From: an uncultured Acidobacteriota bacterium
Lineage (GTDB): Bacteria > Acidobacteriota > Vicinamibacteria > Vicinamibacterales > CAVVIG01
Assembly: GCA_963724695.1 (NCBI GenBank)
Contig: CAVRVW010000007.1
Location: forward strand, 46,503 to 110,502
Direction: 5' to 3'
Length of the DNA stretch: 64,000 nt
Within the stretch, counting starts at the first letter, position 1. Every line of letters begins with the position of its first letter. Below are positions 16,462 to 25,568 of this stretch, piece after piece. The position numbers were made by a program, and so were the translations under genes. The notes beneath the pieces were generated by a model, which was given only the letters and a program-made list of their open reading frames with translations, was not told the origin of the DNA and ran no database searches.

Positions 16462-17301
16462 CTATCCGACGATGCAGCGCATCCCTCGAACGACCTCGCC
16501 GATCGCCGGGTCGCCCTCGATGCGCACAGCGGGCTGCTGACCGCTACGGTCGAACCCCTTCGTGAACAAACGCCACGCATCGTCGTCGGCGAGGGTGGCC
16601 GACGCGCCTGGGGCGGCGCTGACGTCAACGACGAGCTGCCAGCGACCGGCCTCGCGATAAAGGAACCACGCGCCGCCGGCGGGGCCGGAGATCTCGACCT
16701 TCCAGAGGGCCCCATCGTCGGCCGGGGTAGAGCGGCTGGCGTGCGGCAGCGCGCGCATGAAGGTATCGAGGACCGGATGCAGAAACTCGCGTGTCGTCAG
16801 CGGCTCGGCGCCGACGGCATCGCGAATCTGCTGCTGGTGGTGCCAGCGCTCGGTGAACTCGCGTGCGACGTCGAACCAGACGAGCGACCGCGACTCGCCC
16901 GCCCAGGACACGGCGAACGCCGCGTCGCCATGCGGGTCCAGGCGACGGAAGTACTCGTGGAGCCTGGCGGTCGTGACTTCCATGAGATCGATTAGGTGCC
17001 GGGGGCTCGTCCCCCGGTAAAACTCCACGCCCGCCCGGTTCGCCAGGTTGACAAACGCACCGACCTTCGCCTCGGTGCCGAGATCGGGCGGCGGGCCTGG
17101 TGGCGCATGTCGATCGCGATCGAATGACAGTCTCCGCGTCGCGGTATCGAGAAGGTGCCCGGCGACATCCTTGACCGACCATCCGACGCAGACCGTCGGC
17201 CGGCTCCAGTCGGCCGGCGTCAGCCCTCTGAGAAGCGCGAGCAGGTGGTTGTCCAGCGAGGGGAACAGGTCGGCGACGAGGATGGGAAGGGGCTGACGCA
17301 C
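16462..17301 (-). CDS. DinB / maleylpyruvate-isomerase N-terminal-domain family protein
   Basis: 279-aa ORF. The N-terminus LLALLRGLTPADWSRPTVCVGWSVKDVAGHLLD is typical of the mycothiol-dependent maleylpyruvate isomerase/DinB fold. Confidence 0.7.
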   Translation of the reverse strand: MRQPLPILVADLFPSLDNHLLALLRGLTPADWSRPTVCVGWSVKDVAGHLLDTATRRLSFDRDRHAPPGPPPDLGTEAKVGAFVNLANRAGVEFYRGTSPRHLIDLMEVTTARLHEYFRRLDPHGDAAFAVSWAGESRSLVWFDVAREFTERWHHQQQIRDAVGAEPLTTREFLHPVLDTFMRALPHASRSTPADDGALWKVEISGPAGGAWFLYREAGRWQLVVDVSAAPGASATLADDDAWRLFTKGFDRSGQQPAVRIEGDPAIGEVVRGMRCIVG

Positions 17302-17305
17302 AGGA

Positions 17306-17395
17306 GGGAACTTTGAAGTTAGAACTGAGAACTACAAAGGACAGCGTCGCGAAGCGCAGTGTCCTTCGTAGTTTTCAGTTCTCAGTTCTCAATTT
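17306..17395. terminator. long hairpin (about 35-nt arms) of gaagttagaac...gaaggaca words just after the TonB receptor stop
   Basis: gaagttagaactgagaactacaaaggacag - cgtcgcgaagcgc - agtgtccttcgtagttttcagttctcagttctcaatttc. There is no U-tract. The same 34-nt word recurs at 47862, 49579, 49889, 50595 and 51767. Confidence 0.45.
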
Positions 17396-17407
17396 CGGTG
17401 TGCGCGT

Positions 17408-20400
17408 CAGAATCTGACGCGCACTCCGAGTTGCAGTTGCCGCGGGTCGCCGTAGCCGCTCTGGACGGTGCCGTCGAAGTTGAACACGAGGTTCGTGACC
17501 TCCGGGCGCTTGATGTTCGTGCTGTTGGTCAGGTTGAACACCTCGAAGATCGGCTGGATCGTCATGCCGCCCGCGGTGAAGTCCTTCGAGATCGCGCAGA
17601 TCCCATGTGAAGAACTCGTTGTCCTTCCTGAGCGTGTTGCGCTTGATGATCGAGCCGTCGGGCTGGATGCGGTCCTGCGGCGTGTTGCCGATCGACTTCG
17701 GCTGCGCCGACCGTCCGGAGATGCGCGATGTTGAAGTCGAATGCCCTTGCTGCACGGTCAGGAACCACGCGTTGAACCGGTGCCGCTGGTCGCGATCCGA
17801 GTAGTTGTATTCGGGCTCGAGCGTGTCGGCCCGTGGCGTAGCGGAACGTGAACGGATCGCGCTCGTTGTCGTCGTCCGACATGTCGCGCGACAGCGTGTA
17901 GTTGACCTGGAACTGGTAGTTCTGCGAGTAGCGTCTTGTTCAGGCCGAACGTCACGCCGTCGTACTCGGCTCCGGCCGAGCTCTCGACCACCGTCAGCGT
18001 CGCCGATGCCGTTGGTGCCGTTCGGCGCCGAGGCCCGTGCACCACGGCGATCCGAACACCGGGTCGTTGCGGTTGATGAAGCGGGTGATGAAGTCCGTGT
18101 TCGAGTGCGTGTAGGTGACTGACGCCGACAGGTTGGACGCCAGCTCGCGCTCGTACGCGAACGTCGTCGAGCACGTGCGCGGGTTCTGGAAGTTCTTGTC
18201 GAACACGAACACGTCCGGGTGGTTCGGGTTGGAGATCTCCGACTGCGGAATCAGGTTCGGCCAGGTCGGCGGCGTGAGGCCGAACCCGTTGAAGGTGCTG
18301 TCGCGGTACAGCGTCTGGCCGCGGCTGCCGTTGGTCGAGCGCGAGCTGGCCAGGTTCAGCCCCGGAATGCGCGCGTAGAACAGGCCCGTGCTGAAGCGCA
18401 GCACCTGCTTGCCGTCGCCGGCCGGATCCCACGAGATGCCCAGGCGCGGCTGGAACATCTTCATGTCCGACGGGATCGTGCCGTCGGAGGGGAACCCGGG
18501 CTTGCCGATGAAGCGGCGCGTAGAACACCTCGTTGGGCGGCGTGATCGGGTCCGGCTGGATCTGCGCTTCCCAGCGCAGGCCGTAGCTGACCGTCAGGCT
18601 GCGCGTTGGGCTGCCACTTGTCCTGGATGAACAGCGACGGCTCGAGCTGCGGGATGTCCTGCGTGCCGGCCTCCTCGACCGACAGGCCGCCGACGCCGGC
18701 CTGCTGCAGGAACAGCAGCAGCGGACCGGTGATCGATGGTGCCCGCCGGGCACGCGCCCGTCGTGCTGGTGGTCCCGTTCGAGCACTCGACGTACTTCGG
18801 CCCGAACTGCGCGTAGTTGAGGAAGCCGTCGCGTGCTGCCGAAGACGTAGCGGCCGTTGGCGAACCCGATGAAGGTCTGCGACCGAGTTCACGCGGTTGA
18901 ACTCGCCGCCGACCTTGATCGTGTGGCTGCCCTTGATGAGCGAGAAGTTGTTCGTGATCTGGAAGCGCGTGTCGTAGTACTCGACCGGCAGGAAGAACGG
19001 CATGCCGAAGCGGTAGCTGCTCCCGAAGTCGAAGGCGGTGTCCGGGAACGGCCGCGTCTGGCCGTTGACGTTCGGGCCCGTCGTAGGGCCGCGGCCGGTC
19101 TTCGCGCGCGAACTGGAAGCGGAACTCGTTGAGCTTGTTGCTCGAGATGCGTCGATAGCAGCGATCCCGACACGCGCGTTCGAGAAGTCGCGCTCGATGC
19201 CGTTGGCGCTGCGGCCCCACGAGTCGACGTCGAACGTGCCGTTCTCCTGCCGCTCCACGTGTAGTTGTAGCGGACGGTGAACAGGTTCGACGGGTTCAGC
19301 TGGTAGTCGATCTTGCCGAGGAACACGCGCGCGTCGTTGGTGCGGTCGATCGAGCCCGTTCTCGTCGGGGCTGCCGAGCGCCGCGAAGAGGTCGACGACG
19401 CGCTGTTCGATGCGCGCGGGATCGAGCTGCTTGGTCTGGTCGAACTGCTGCTGGTCGTAGGCGAAGCAGGAAGAACATCTTGTCCCGCTTGATCGGCCCG
19501 CCGAAGCGTCGCGCCGAACTGCTGCTGATCGAACGGGAACTTCTCGCCCGTCCGAGTTCTCCGACGACAGGCGCGTCGTCCTTGAAGAAGAAGGTGCGCC
19601 GACCCGGCCGGGCGTGTTCGTGCCCGACTTGGTCACGACGTTGACGAAGCCCGGCGCCGCTCCGGCCGAACTCCGCGGCCGCGCCGTCGGCGACGACGAC
19701 CATTTCCTGGATCGCGTCCTGGTTGAACGTGAACGCCGGCCGCTGGCCGCCGCGCTGCTCGCCGAAGAACGGGTTGTTGAAGTCGGCGCCGTCCACCGAG
19801 ATGTTGTTGTTGATGCCCTTCTGCCCGTTGATGCTGATCTCGTCGCCGTCGGGCCCCTGCACGATGGTGACGCCGGGCGTGAGCTGCATGAAGCTCAGGA
19901 AGTTGCGCCCGTTGTTCGGCAGGTCCGCGATCGACTCCTCGTTGATCTGCGTCGGCTCTCGGCCCGCGTGGTCTCGACGATCGGCGAGTCGGCGGTGACC
20001 GCGCACTTCCTGCGACACCGACGACAGGCGCAGCGTGATCGGCAGGTTCAGCCGTCTGACCCACGCCGAGCTGGATGCCCTCCTGGACGTATCGTGCCGA
20101 ACCCGCTGAGCGTGACCGTCAGCACGTAGTCGCCGAGCGGCAGCAGCAGGCCGCGGAAGCGGCCGTCGGCGTCGGTGGCCAGCTCGCGCGTGAAGTTGGT
20201 GCCCGTGATTGACCAGCGTCACGGTCGCGCCGGGCAAGCGTCCGCCCGTTTCGTCCGACACGGTGCCTTCGATGACGCCCGTCGTCGCCTGCGACTGGGC
20301 GAAGCCCGTCGCGGCGAACGCCGTTGTGACAATGAACATCAACACGAGTCTGGCAATTGCTCGACGCAACAGGCACCTCCCCGGAGGCAAATTGGAAACT

Positions 20401-20423
20401 GGGTTCGACGAAGAGTCTACCAT
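17408..20423 (-). pseudogene. TonB-dependent receptor with CarboxypepD_reg-like N-terminal domain; reading frame broken many times
   Basis: Receptor sequence hops among all three minus frames (pieces 19296..20789, 18461..19636, 18889..19326, 17758..18786, 17994..18464 and others). Recognisable parts are the signal RRAIARLVLMFIVTTAFAATGFAQ, GVIEGTVSDETGGRLPGATVTLVN, the plug INEESIADLPNNGRNFLSFMQLTPGV / ISINGQKGINNNISVDGADFNNPFFG, and the C-terminus GDPRQLQLGVRVRF-stop at 17408. Confidence 0.75.
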
Positions 20424-20434
20424 TCCGCCGCCGC

Positions 20435-22300
20435 TCACACGGCGTCGAAATCGACGTTTTCCGTGATGCGCCTGCCGTCGTCGTGAAACGTGCGGCGAAG
20501 GTGCTCGATGCGTCGGAGCGCTTCTGCAAGATTCGGGCTGCCGAGCGTGATGTTCAGCAGATTGATGTACCACGGCAGCTTCACGCTGTCTGTCACGTAT
20601 GTCTCGGCGATCGCCCTCGCGACGGGCAGCGTCGTTTCCTTGGAGTGGGCGTGGACATCGCGGTCGCCTGCGCGGAGGAGCTTGTCGTACTCCTCGGCGA
20701 GGAGGCGGGCGAAGAGCTCGCCCGTGAAGGCTTGTCCGGAAGCGACATCCGTGTCGGTCAGCCTGGCCTGTTTGTGCAGCCACTCCCACAGAATGCTCAG
20801 CCGGATTTCACCGGTGGCCATGTCTTCCATCAGGTACAGGACATCGTCGTTGCCGAAGAAGTCCGCCGGCTTGAGCGCCGCCGCCTGCAGGCCCTGGCCG
20901 AAGGCGTTGCCGTACTGCAGCGCCACGCTGATGAGATCGCGGGCGCCACGAACGGTTCGCGGTCCAGGGTCGAGCTCGACCAGCGCCGCGCGGTCCGCGG
21001 CCGTGTAGGTCAGCGGGGGAAACGGCCGACCGAGCTGGTTGTCGCGCCCCTGCCGCTCCCACACCGGCCGGACGATGTGGACCATCTTCCAGTGGGCCAC
21101 CCACTTGCCGCTCGCGCCTTCGCGCTCTTCGCGCTCGGCTCCCGCGACGGCTTTCTTCATGCCCTGCTCGACCCCCAGGGGCGACCCGACAGGAATGTTC
21201 GGCTCCATCCCGCCCTGCCAGAGCGCCGCCTGGCCGCCGTCATCGGGTGTGTTGACAGCGCGTCGCACCCGGTCCTCGTAGTGGCGCATGTAGCCGAACG
21301 TCATCGTGATGGCGTCGATGTTCGGGTTGACGAAGGTCGCGTCCCCGGCCATCGCGTCGGCGACGCTGTTGATGTAGTCCCATCGGCCCGTGTTGAACCC
21401 CACGAAGTGCGGACCGAGGGCCGCGCGGATCTCCATCAACTGGAAGCACGCGTCGATCTGCTCGACGAGCACATAGGTCTTGACGGCGCCGACGCCGAGG
21501 CCCAGGTGCTGCTCGAGCGCCGCGATGATGTCGTTCCACAGCGCCGCTTCTTCCGCCGTTTGAATCTTCGGCAGGTAGAGCACGATCGAGCGGCCGGCGT
21601 CGCGAAGGGCCTGCTGGTTGTTGACGACGTAGAGCACGAGGTCGACGATCGAGGCCGAGAAGCCGCCGCGATCGGAGCGGCGGACGTGGCGGTCGTCGAG
21701 GTGCAGCCCCCGCGCCCGGAAGATTCGCGTCGTGAAGTCGAGCTGCGTGCGCCACTCGGGCACGATGGGACGCCCGAAAAAGGCCAGGGCCCAGGCGTTC
21801 ATCTCGCCGGCGACCTCTTCGGCCACGGCCAGGAATCGCGGGTCGTTGTGGAAGGCGAGCTTCAGGTTCCTCTGGTTGTCGAGCGACATGGTCGACAGCT
21901 GGCCGAGCGCGTCCTCGCCGTCGAACATCCAGCCATCGGCCCCCGAGAGAAGCGCGTAGGCGACGTTTCGCAGGCTTCGGGCGAGCGTGGCGTTGGGCCG
22001 TGCCGCCGGCCCGGTGCCCTGGACCCACTGTCGGCGGAGGTCTGGCGGGATCTGGCTCCCGGCGAACCGGCCGTCACGGGCGTCCCGAACCCGGAGCCGT
22101 GTCCGGGGAATGGTGGAGTCGGGATCGAGGAAGTTCAGGCCCTGCTGTGCGGCGAAACGGCTGGCGCGGCGCGCCAGCCGCCTGCTCATGACGTCCTGAC
22201 GATCGAGGTCGAACGGCGCGAGCGCTTCGAGCGCGTCGACCGCCTCAGCAGTAAGAACATCGGTATAGACCGCGGCTGCAGGACGGATTTGTAATTGCAC
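20435..22300 (-). CDS. malate synthase
   Basis: Blocks WMFDGEDALG, IVLYLPKIQTAEEAALWNDI, TYVLVEQIDACFQLMEI and NTGRWDYINS. I prefer the GTG start at 22300, preceded by GGAG 8 nt upstream, over the track start at 22513. Confidence 0.85.
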   Translation of the reverse strand: MQLQIRPAAAVYTDVLTAEAVDALEALAPFDLDRQDVMSRRLARRASRFAAQQGLNFLDPDSTIPRTRLRVRDARDGRFAGSQIPPDLRRQWVQGTGPAARPNATLARSLRNVAYALLSGADGWMFDGEDALGQLSTMSLDNQRNLKLAFHNDPRFLAVAEEVAGEMNAWALAFFGRPIVPEWRTQLDFTTRIFRARGLHLDDRHVRRSDRGGFSASIVDLVLYVVNNQQALRDAGRSIVLYLPKIQTAEEAALWNDIIAALEQHLGLGVGAVKTYVLVEQIDACFQLMEIRAALGPHFVGFNTGRWDYINSVADAMAGDATFVNPNIDAITMTFGYMRHYEDRVRRAVNTPDDGGQAALWQGGMEPNIPVGSPLGVEQGMKKAVAGAEREEREGASGKWVAHWKMVHIVRPVWERQGRDNQLGRPFPPLTYTAADRAALVELDPGPRTVRGARDLISVALQYGNAFGQGLQAAALKPADFFGNDDVLYLMEDMATGEIRLSILWEWLHKQARLTDTDVASGQAFTGELFARLLAEEYDKLLRAGDRDVHAHSKETTLPVARAIAETYVTDSVKLPWYINLLNITLGSPNLAEALRRIEHLRRTFHDDGRRITENVDFDAV

Positions 22301-22391
22301 AATACTGCTCCGATTTATCGAAGAGCTTCGCTCAGCGGCTCCAAAGGAGTATCTTGGATCTGGCTTCCCCAGCCTTATGGAAGAGGTCGGT

Positions 22392-22841
22392 ATGACAGCT
22401 CGGAACTTCGCCGTCGCCCTCGTCCTGTCGGCATGTGCCGTATCGCCAGCTCTTGCGCAGGCCCCAGTCGCGGCCGGGCGCGTCAAGATTGCGTCCGGCA
22501 ACGCGTTTATCATCCGTCAAAACGTGGAGATTCCGGCGACCGTCGGGATGCCGGTGTTCCAATCCGACAGCCTGCGGACCGGGGATGGCCGCATTGGCGT
22601 CACGATGAAGGACGACACCCGCGTCTCGATCGGGCCCCGCAGCGAAGTGCGTCTCGACCGCTTCGCGTACGCGCCCGCCGACGGCCAGGTGGGCTTTGCC
22701 ATGCGCGTCGTGCGCGGCGTCGCCGCCTATGTCTCGGGCCACATCGCGAAGCTGGCCCCCGACGCGGTGCGCCTCGAAACCCCAGCGGCCATCGTGGGAG
22801 TTCGGGGCACGAGCCTCGCCATCAGCGCCGGCGTCGAATGA
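22392..22841 (+). CDS. FecR-domain protein, secreted
   Basis: Signal MTARNFAVALVLSACAVSPALAQA, then GRVKIASGNAFIIRQ...VFQSDSLRTGDGRIGVTMKDDTRVSIGPRSEVRL (FecR-like beta sandwich pattern). GAGG lies 6 nt upstream of ATG 22392. Confidence 0.7.
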   Translation: MTARNFAVALVLSACAVSPALAQAPVAAGRVKIASGNAFIIRQNVEIPATVGMPVFQSDSLRTGDGRIGVTMKDDTRVSIGPRSEVRLDRFAYAPADGQVGFAMRVVRGVAAYVSGHIAKLAPDAVRLETPAAIVGVRGTSLAISAGVE

Positions 22842-23476
22842 ACCGGAGGCGCGCCGTCTCGTCGCTTGCCCTGGGCATGGCCTTCTTGGCTCTTGCCTGC
22901 GGTCCGAAGCGGCCCGCCACCCCTTCGCAGCCCAGCGGCGACCTCATCGTGCTCCTTCCCGATCGCACCACCGGGGCGATCGGCCAGATCGTCGTCTCGA
23001 ACGCGTCCGGCTCGGTCGACATCGGCGGGTCCCGACAGGCGACCGAGGTTCGCGCCGGCCTGGCTCCATCGCCGCCCAGGGATCTGGACGAGGAGGCCAT
23101 CCGGCGGATCTTCGGCGACGCCCTCGCGGCCATCCCGCCCGATCCCGCCCTCTTCACGCTTTATTTCGAGTTCGAGTCGAACCAGCTCACGGCCGAGTCG
23201 CGCAAGCTGCTGCCGGCTATTCTGGACCTGGTAGTGAAGGCGCGGCCAGCGCCCGAAGTCATGGTGATCGGCCACACCGATACGACCGGCGGGGCGGCCG
23301 CGAACCTGGCGCTCGGCCTCAAGCGCGCCGCGACCGTGCGCCAGCTCCTCGTCGACACCGGCATCGAGGCTTCGCTCGTCGAGATCAACTCGCACGGCGA
23401 GGGAAACCCGCTCATCCGCACGCCCGACAACACACCTGAGCCGCGCAATCGCCGCGTCGAGATCGCGGTCAGATAA
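22838..23476 (+). CDS. OmpA-family lipoprotein (OmpA_C-like peptidoglycan-binding domain)
   Basis: ATGA start/stop overlap with the FecR gene. Lipobox FLALACG. The C-terminal block is VMVIGHTDTTGGAAANLALGLKRAATVRQLLV...NRRVEIAV. Confidence 0.85.
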   Translation: MNRRRAVSSLALGMAFLALACGPKRPATPSQPSGDLIVLLPDRTTGAIGQIVVSNASGSVDIGGSRQATEVRAGLAPSPPRDLDEEAIRRIFGDALAAIPPDPALFTLYFEFESNQLTAESRKLLPAILDLVVKARPAPEVMVIGHTDTTGGAAANLALGLKRAATVRQLLVDTGIEASLVEINSHGEGNPLIRTPDNTPEPRNRRVEIAVR

Positions 23477-23487
23477 GCGGTCCGGCC

Positions 23488-25425
23488 ATGCCGCCCCCGC
23501 CACGGCTCGCGATCAAGCATCGACGTCGCATCATCGTCGCGGCACTGCTCCCGATCTTCATCATGGGGGTGCTCGCGCTGTACCGGCCGGCGTTTCTGAC
23601 GCGGCTCGATTCTGCCGTCTACGATGTGCTGCTTCGCGCCGCACCGGTGAACCCGCCGGGCGAGCGTGTGGTGATCGTGGACGTCGACGAGCGAAGCCTT
23701 GCGGCGGTCGGGCAGTGGCCCTGGCGGCGGACGATCGTGGGCGACCTCTTGAACCGCGTTCGCGAGCTCGGCGCCGCGACGGTGGCGCTCGACATCGTGT
23801 TCGCCGAGCCGGATCGATTCGACCAGGCTGTCGAAGGCGCGGCGCCGACGAGTCCGTCGGATGATGCGCTGGCGTCGGTTCTCAAGGGGGGACGCATCGC
23901 CCTCGGGTACGGGATGACGTTCGATCCCGCCGCCAACGTCAAGTGTGTGATGCACCCCCTCAACCTCGTCCTCGTCGAGCCGCGACCGGGGGCGGACCAG
24001 CCGTTCTTCGACGCGACCGGAGCGGTGTGCAGCCTGCCGGTGCTGTCGCAGGCCGCGGGCGCCTCGGGGTTCCTGAACGCGGCGCCGGACCTCGACGGCA
24101 TCCTGCGGCGGGCGCCGCTCTTGCTCGGTTTCAACGAGCGCATCTATCCGGCCCTCGGCCTGGTCGCCTATCTGGCCCGCACCAGGGCCGCGGACGTCAC
24201 GCTGCGCGCCGAGCACGCCAACGCCAGCATTCTGACGATCGACGGGCGGAACGTGCCGCTCGACGGGCGCAGCAACCTGCTGCTCCGCTATCGCGGCGAG
24301 AAGCGCGCGTTTCCGTACCACTCGGCGGCCGACGTGCTCGCGGGCCGCCTCGCGCCGAACGCCTTCCAGGACAAGATCGTCTTTGTCGGGACGACGGCCC
24401 TCGGCACGCGCGACGTCGTCTCGACGCCGCTCGACACGCTGTTTGCGGGTGTCGAGGTCCATGCCACGGTGGCCGACAACCTGCTCGAAGGCGATTTCGT
24501 GTGGCGCCACCAGGACGCGCCGCTCATCGAAACGGTCGTGCTCCTGGCCCTCGGCATCGCCGCGGCGCTGCTCGTCGCGTGGACCGGCCTGGCCTGGGGT
24601 ACGGTCGGTGTCGTTGTCGCGCTGACGCTCCTGTGGATCGGGGCCTTTCGGATGCTCGCCGAGAGCGGGGCGTTCTGGTCGCCGCTGCTGCCGACGACTG
24701 GATTGACGCTCTCGCTCGCCGCGATGACGGTGGCGCGTTTTACCGTCGAGCGCGTGCGCGCGGAGCAGGCCGGTCAGCAACGAAGCGACGCGCAGCGGCT
24801 GATGGTGCAGGCCCTGCTGTCGCTCACCGAGGTCCGCGACGCGGAGACGGGCCGGCATTCGCGCCGCACCCAACGCTACACGCGTGTGCTCGCCGGCCAG
24901 CTGTCGTCGAACCCGGCCTATCAGGCGTACCTGACACCGGCGAGGGTCGAGCTGATGGCCAGCCTCGCGCCGCTGCACGACATCGGCAAAGTCGGCGTCC
25001 CGGATGCCCTCCTCAACAAGAAAGGCGACTTGACGCCGGAGGAGATGGCCGAGATGCGCCGGCACCCGATTTACGGGCGCGATGTCATCCTCAACGCCGA
25101 GAAGCGCACCGGCATCAGGGACGATGAGACGCTGGAGCTCGCCAAAGAGATCGTCTACACACACCACGAGAAGTGGGATGGCGGCGGATATCCCCAGGGG
25201 CTCCGGGGCGAAGCCATACCCGTCGCCGGCCGCGTCCTGGCCATCGTCGACGTCTACGACGCGGTGCTGACCCGCACGCTGTACCGCAACCCGATGACCC
25301 ACGACCAGGCGGTCACGTTCATCAGCAAGGGCCGCGGCACACACTTCGATCCCGCGGTGGTCGACGCCTTCGTCCAGGTCGAACGGACGTTCAAGGAAGT
25401 GTCTACGGAGGAAGCGCGGGGGTAG
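23488..25425 (+). CDS. CHASE2 sensor domain - HD-GYP phosphodiesterase
   Basis: CHASE2-type N-terminus VVIVDVDERSLAAVGQWPWRRTIVGDLLNRVRELGAATVALDIVFAEPD, followed by TM helices, then HDIGKVGVPDALLNKKG...HHEKWDGGGYPQGL. Confidence 0.85.
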   Translation: MPPPPRLAIKHRRRIIVAALLPIFIMGVLALYRPAFLTRLDSAVYDVLLRAAPVNPPGERVVIVDVDERSLAAVGQWPWRRTIVGDLLNRVRELGAATVALDIVFAEPDRFDQAVEGAAPTSPSDDALASVLKGGRIALGYGMTFDPAANVKCVMHPLNLVLVEPRPGADQPFFDATGAVCSLPVLSQAAGASGFLNAAPDLDGILRRAPLLLGFNERIYPALGLVAYLARTRAADVTLRAEHANASILTIDGRNVPLDGRSNLLLRYRGEKRAFPYHSAADVLAGRLAPNAFQDKIVFVGTTALGTRDVVSTPLDTLFAGVEVHATVADNLLEGDFVWRHQDAPLIETVVLLALGIAAALLVAWTGLAWGTVGVVVALTLLWIGAFRMLAESGAFWSPLLPTTGLTLSLAAMTVARFTVERVRAEQAGQQRSDAQRLMVQALLSLTEVRDAETGRHSRRTQRYTRVLAGQLSSNPAYQAYLTPARVELMASLAPLHDIGKVGVPDALLNKKGDLTPEEMAEMRRHPIYGRDVILNAEKRTGIRDDETLELAKEIVYTHHEKWDGGGYPQGLRGEAIPVAGRVLAIVDVYDAVLTRTLYRNPMTHDQAVTFISKGRGTHFDPAVVDAFVQVERTFKEVSTEEARG

Positions 25426-25544
25426 ATCGGGGATCGGGGATCGGGGATCGGGGATCGCTGTTCTCCGTTCCGCTTTCTCCGTTCCCAGTTCCCTGTTCCC
25501 TGTTCCCCGTTCCCGTGTTCCCCGATCCCCGATCCCCGATCCCT
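25426..25544. repeat. clean long hairpin: ggggatc x4 arms enclosing ctgttcc words
   Basis: atcggggatcggggatcggggatcggggatcg ... cgatccccgatccccgatccc. The interior is ctgttctccgttcc...ccctgttccctgttcc, the complement of the gaacagg array at 29840-29945. Confidence 0.85.
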
Positions 25545-25546
25545 CG

Positions 25547-25552
25547 TATAAT
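25547..25552 (+). promoter_or_regulatory. perfect TATAAT box directly after the hairpin, upstream of the DUF1800 gene
   Basis: cgTATAATccgccagaGGAGccccATG. The box ends 16 nt before ATG 25569. I see no convincing -35. Confidence 0.25.
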
Positions 25553-25568
25553 CCGCCAGAGGAGCCCC

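Noticed and set aside
17408-20423. Programmed ribosomal frameshifting or recoding as the explanation for the frame breaks
   Set aside because: There are too many breaks per gene, in unrelated gene families, without slippery heptamers or downstream pseudoknots at the sites examined. Assembly error or pseudogenisation is more parsimonious.
22301-22513. Upstream start (22513) for malate synthase, and the overlapping ORF 22295..23476 N-terminus
   Set aside because: The extension has no malate-synthase homology. GTG 22300 has a GGAG at proper spacing. The plus-strand ORF is real only from ATG 22838 (OmpA-like protein).
25173-25568. Upstream start for the DUF1800 gene (ORF 25173..27470)
   Set aside because: The extension overlaps the end of the HD-GYP gene and reads through the ggggatc hairpin. 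ATG 25569 has a GAGGAG ribosome-binding site and a signal-like N-terminus.
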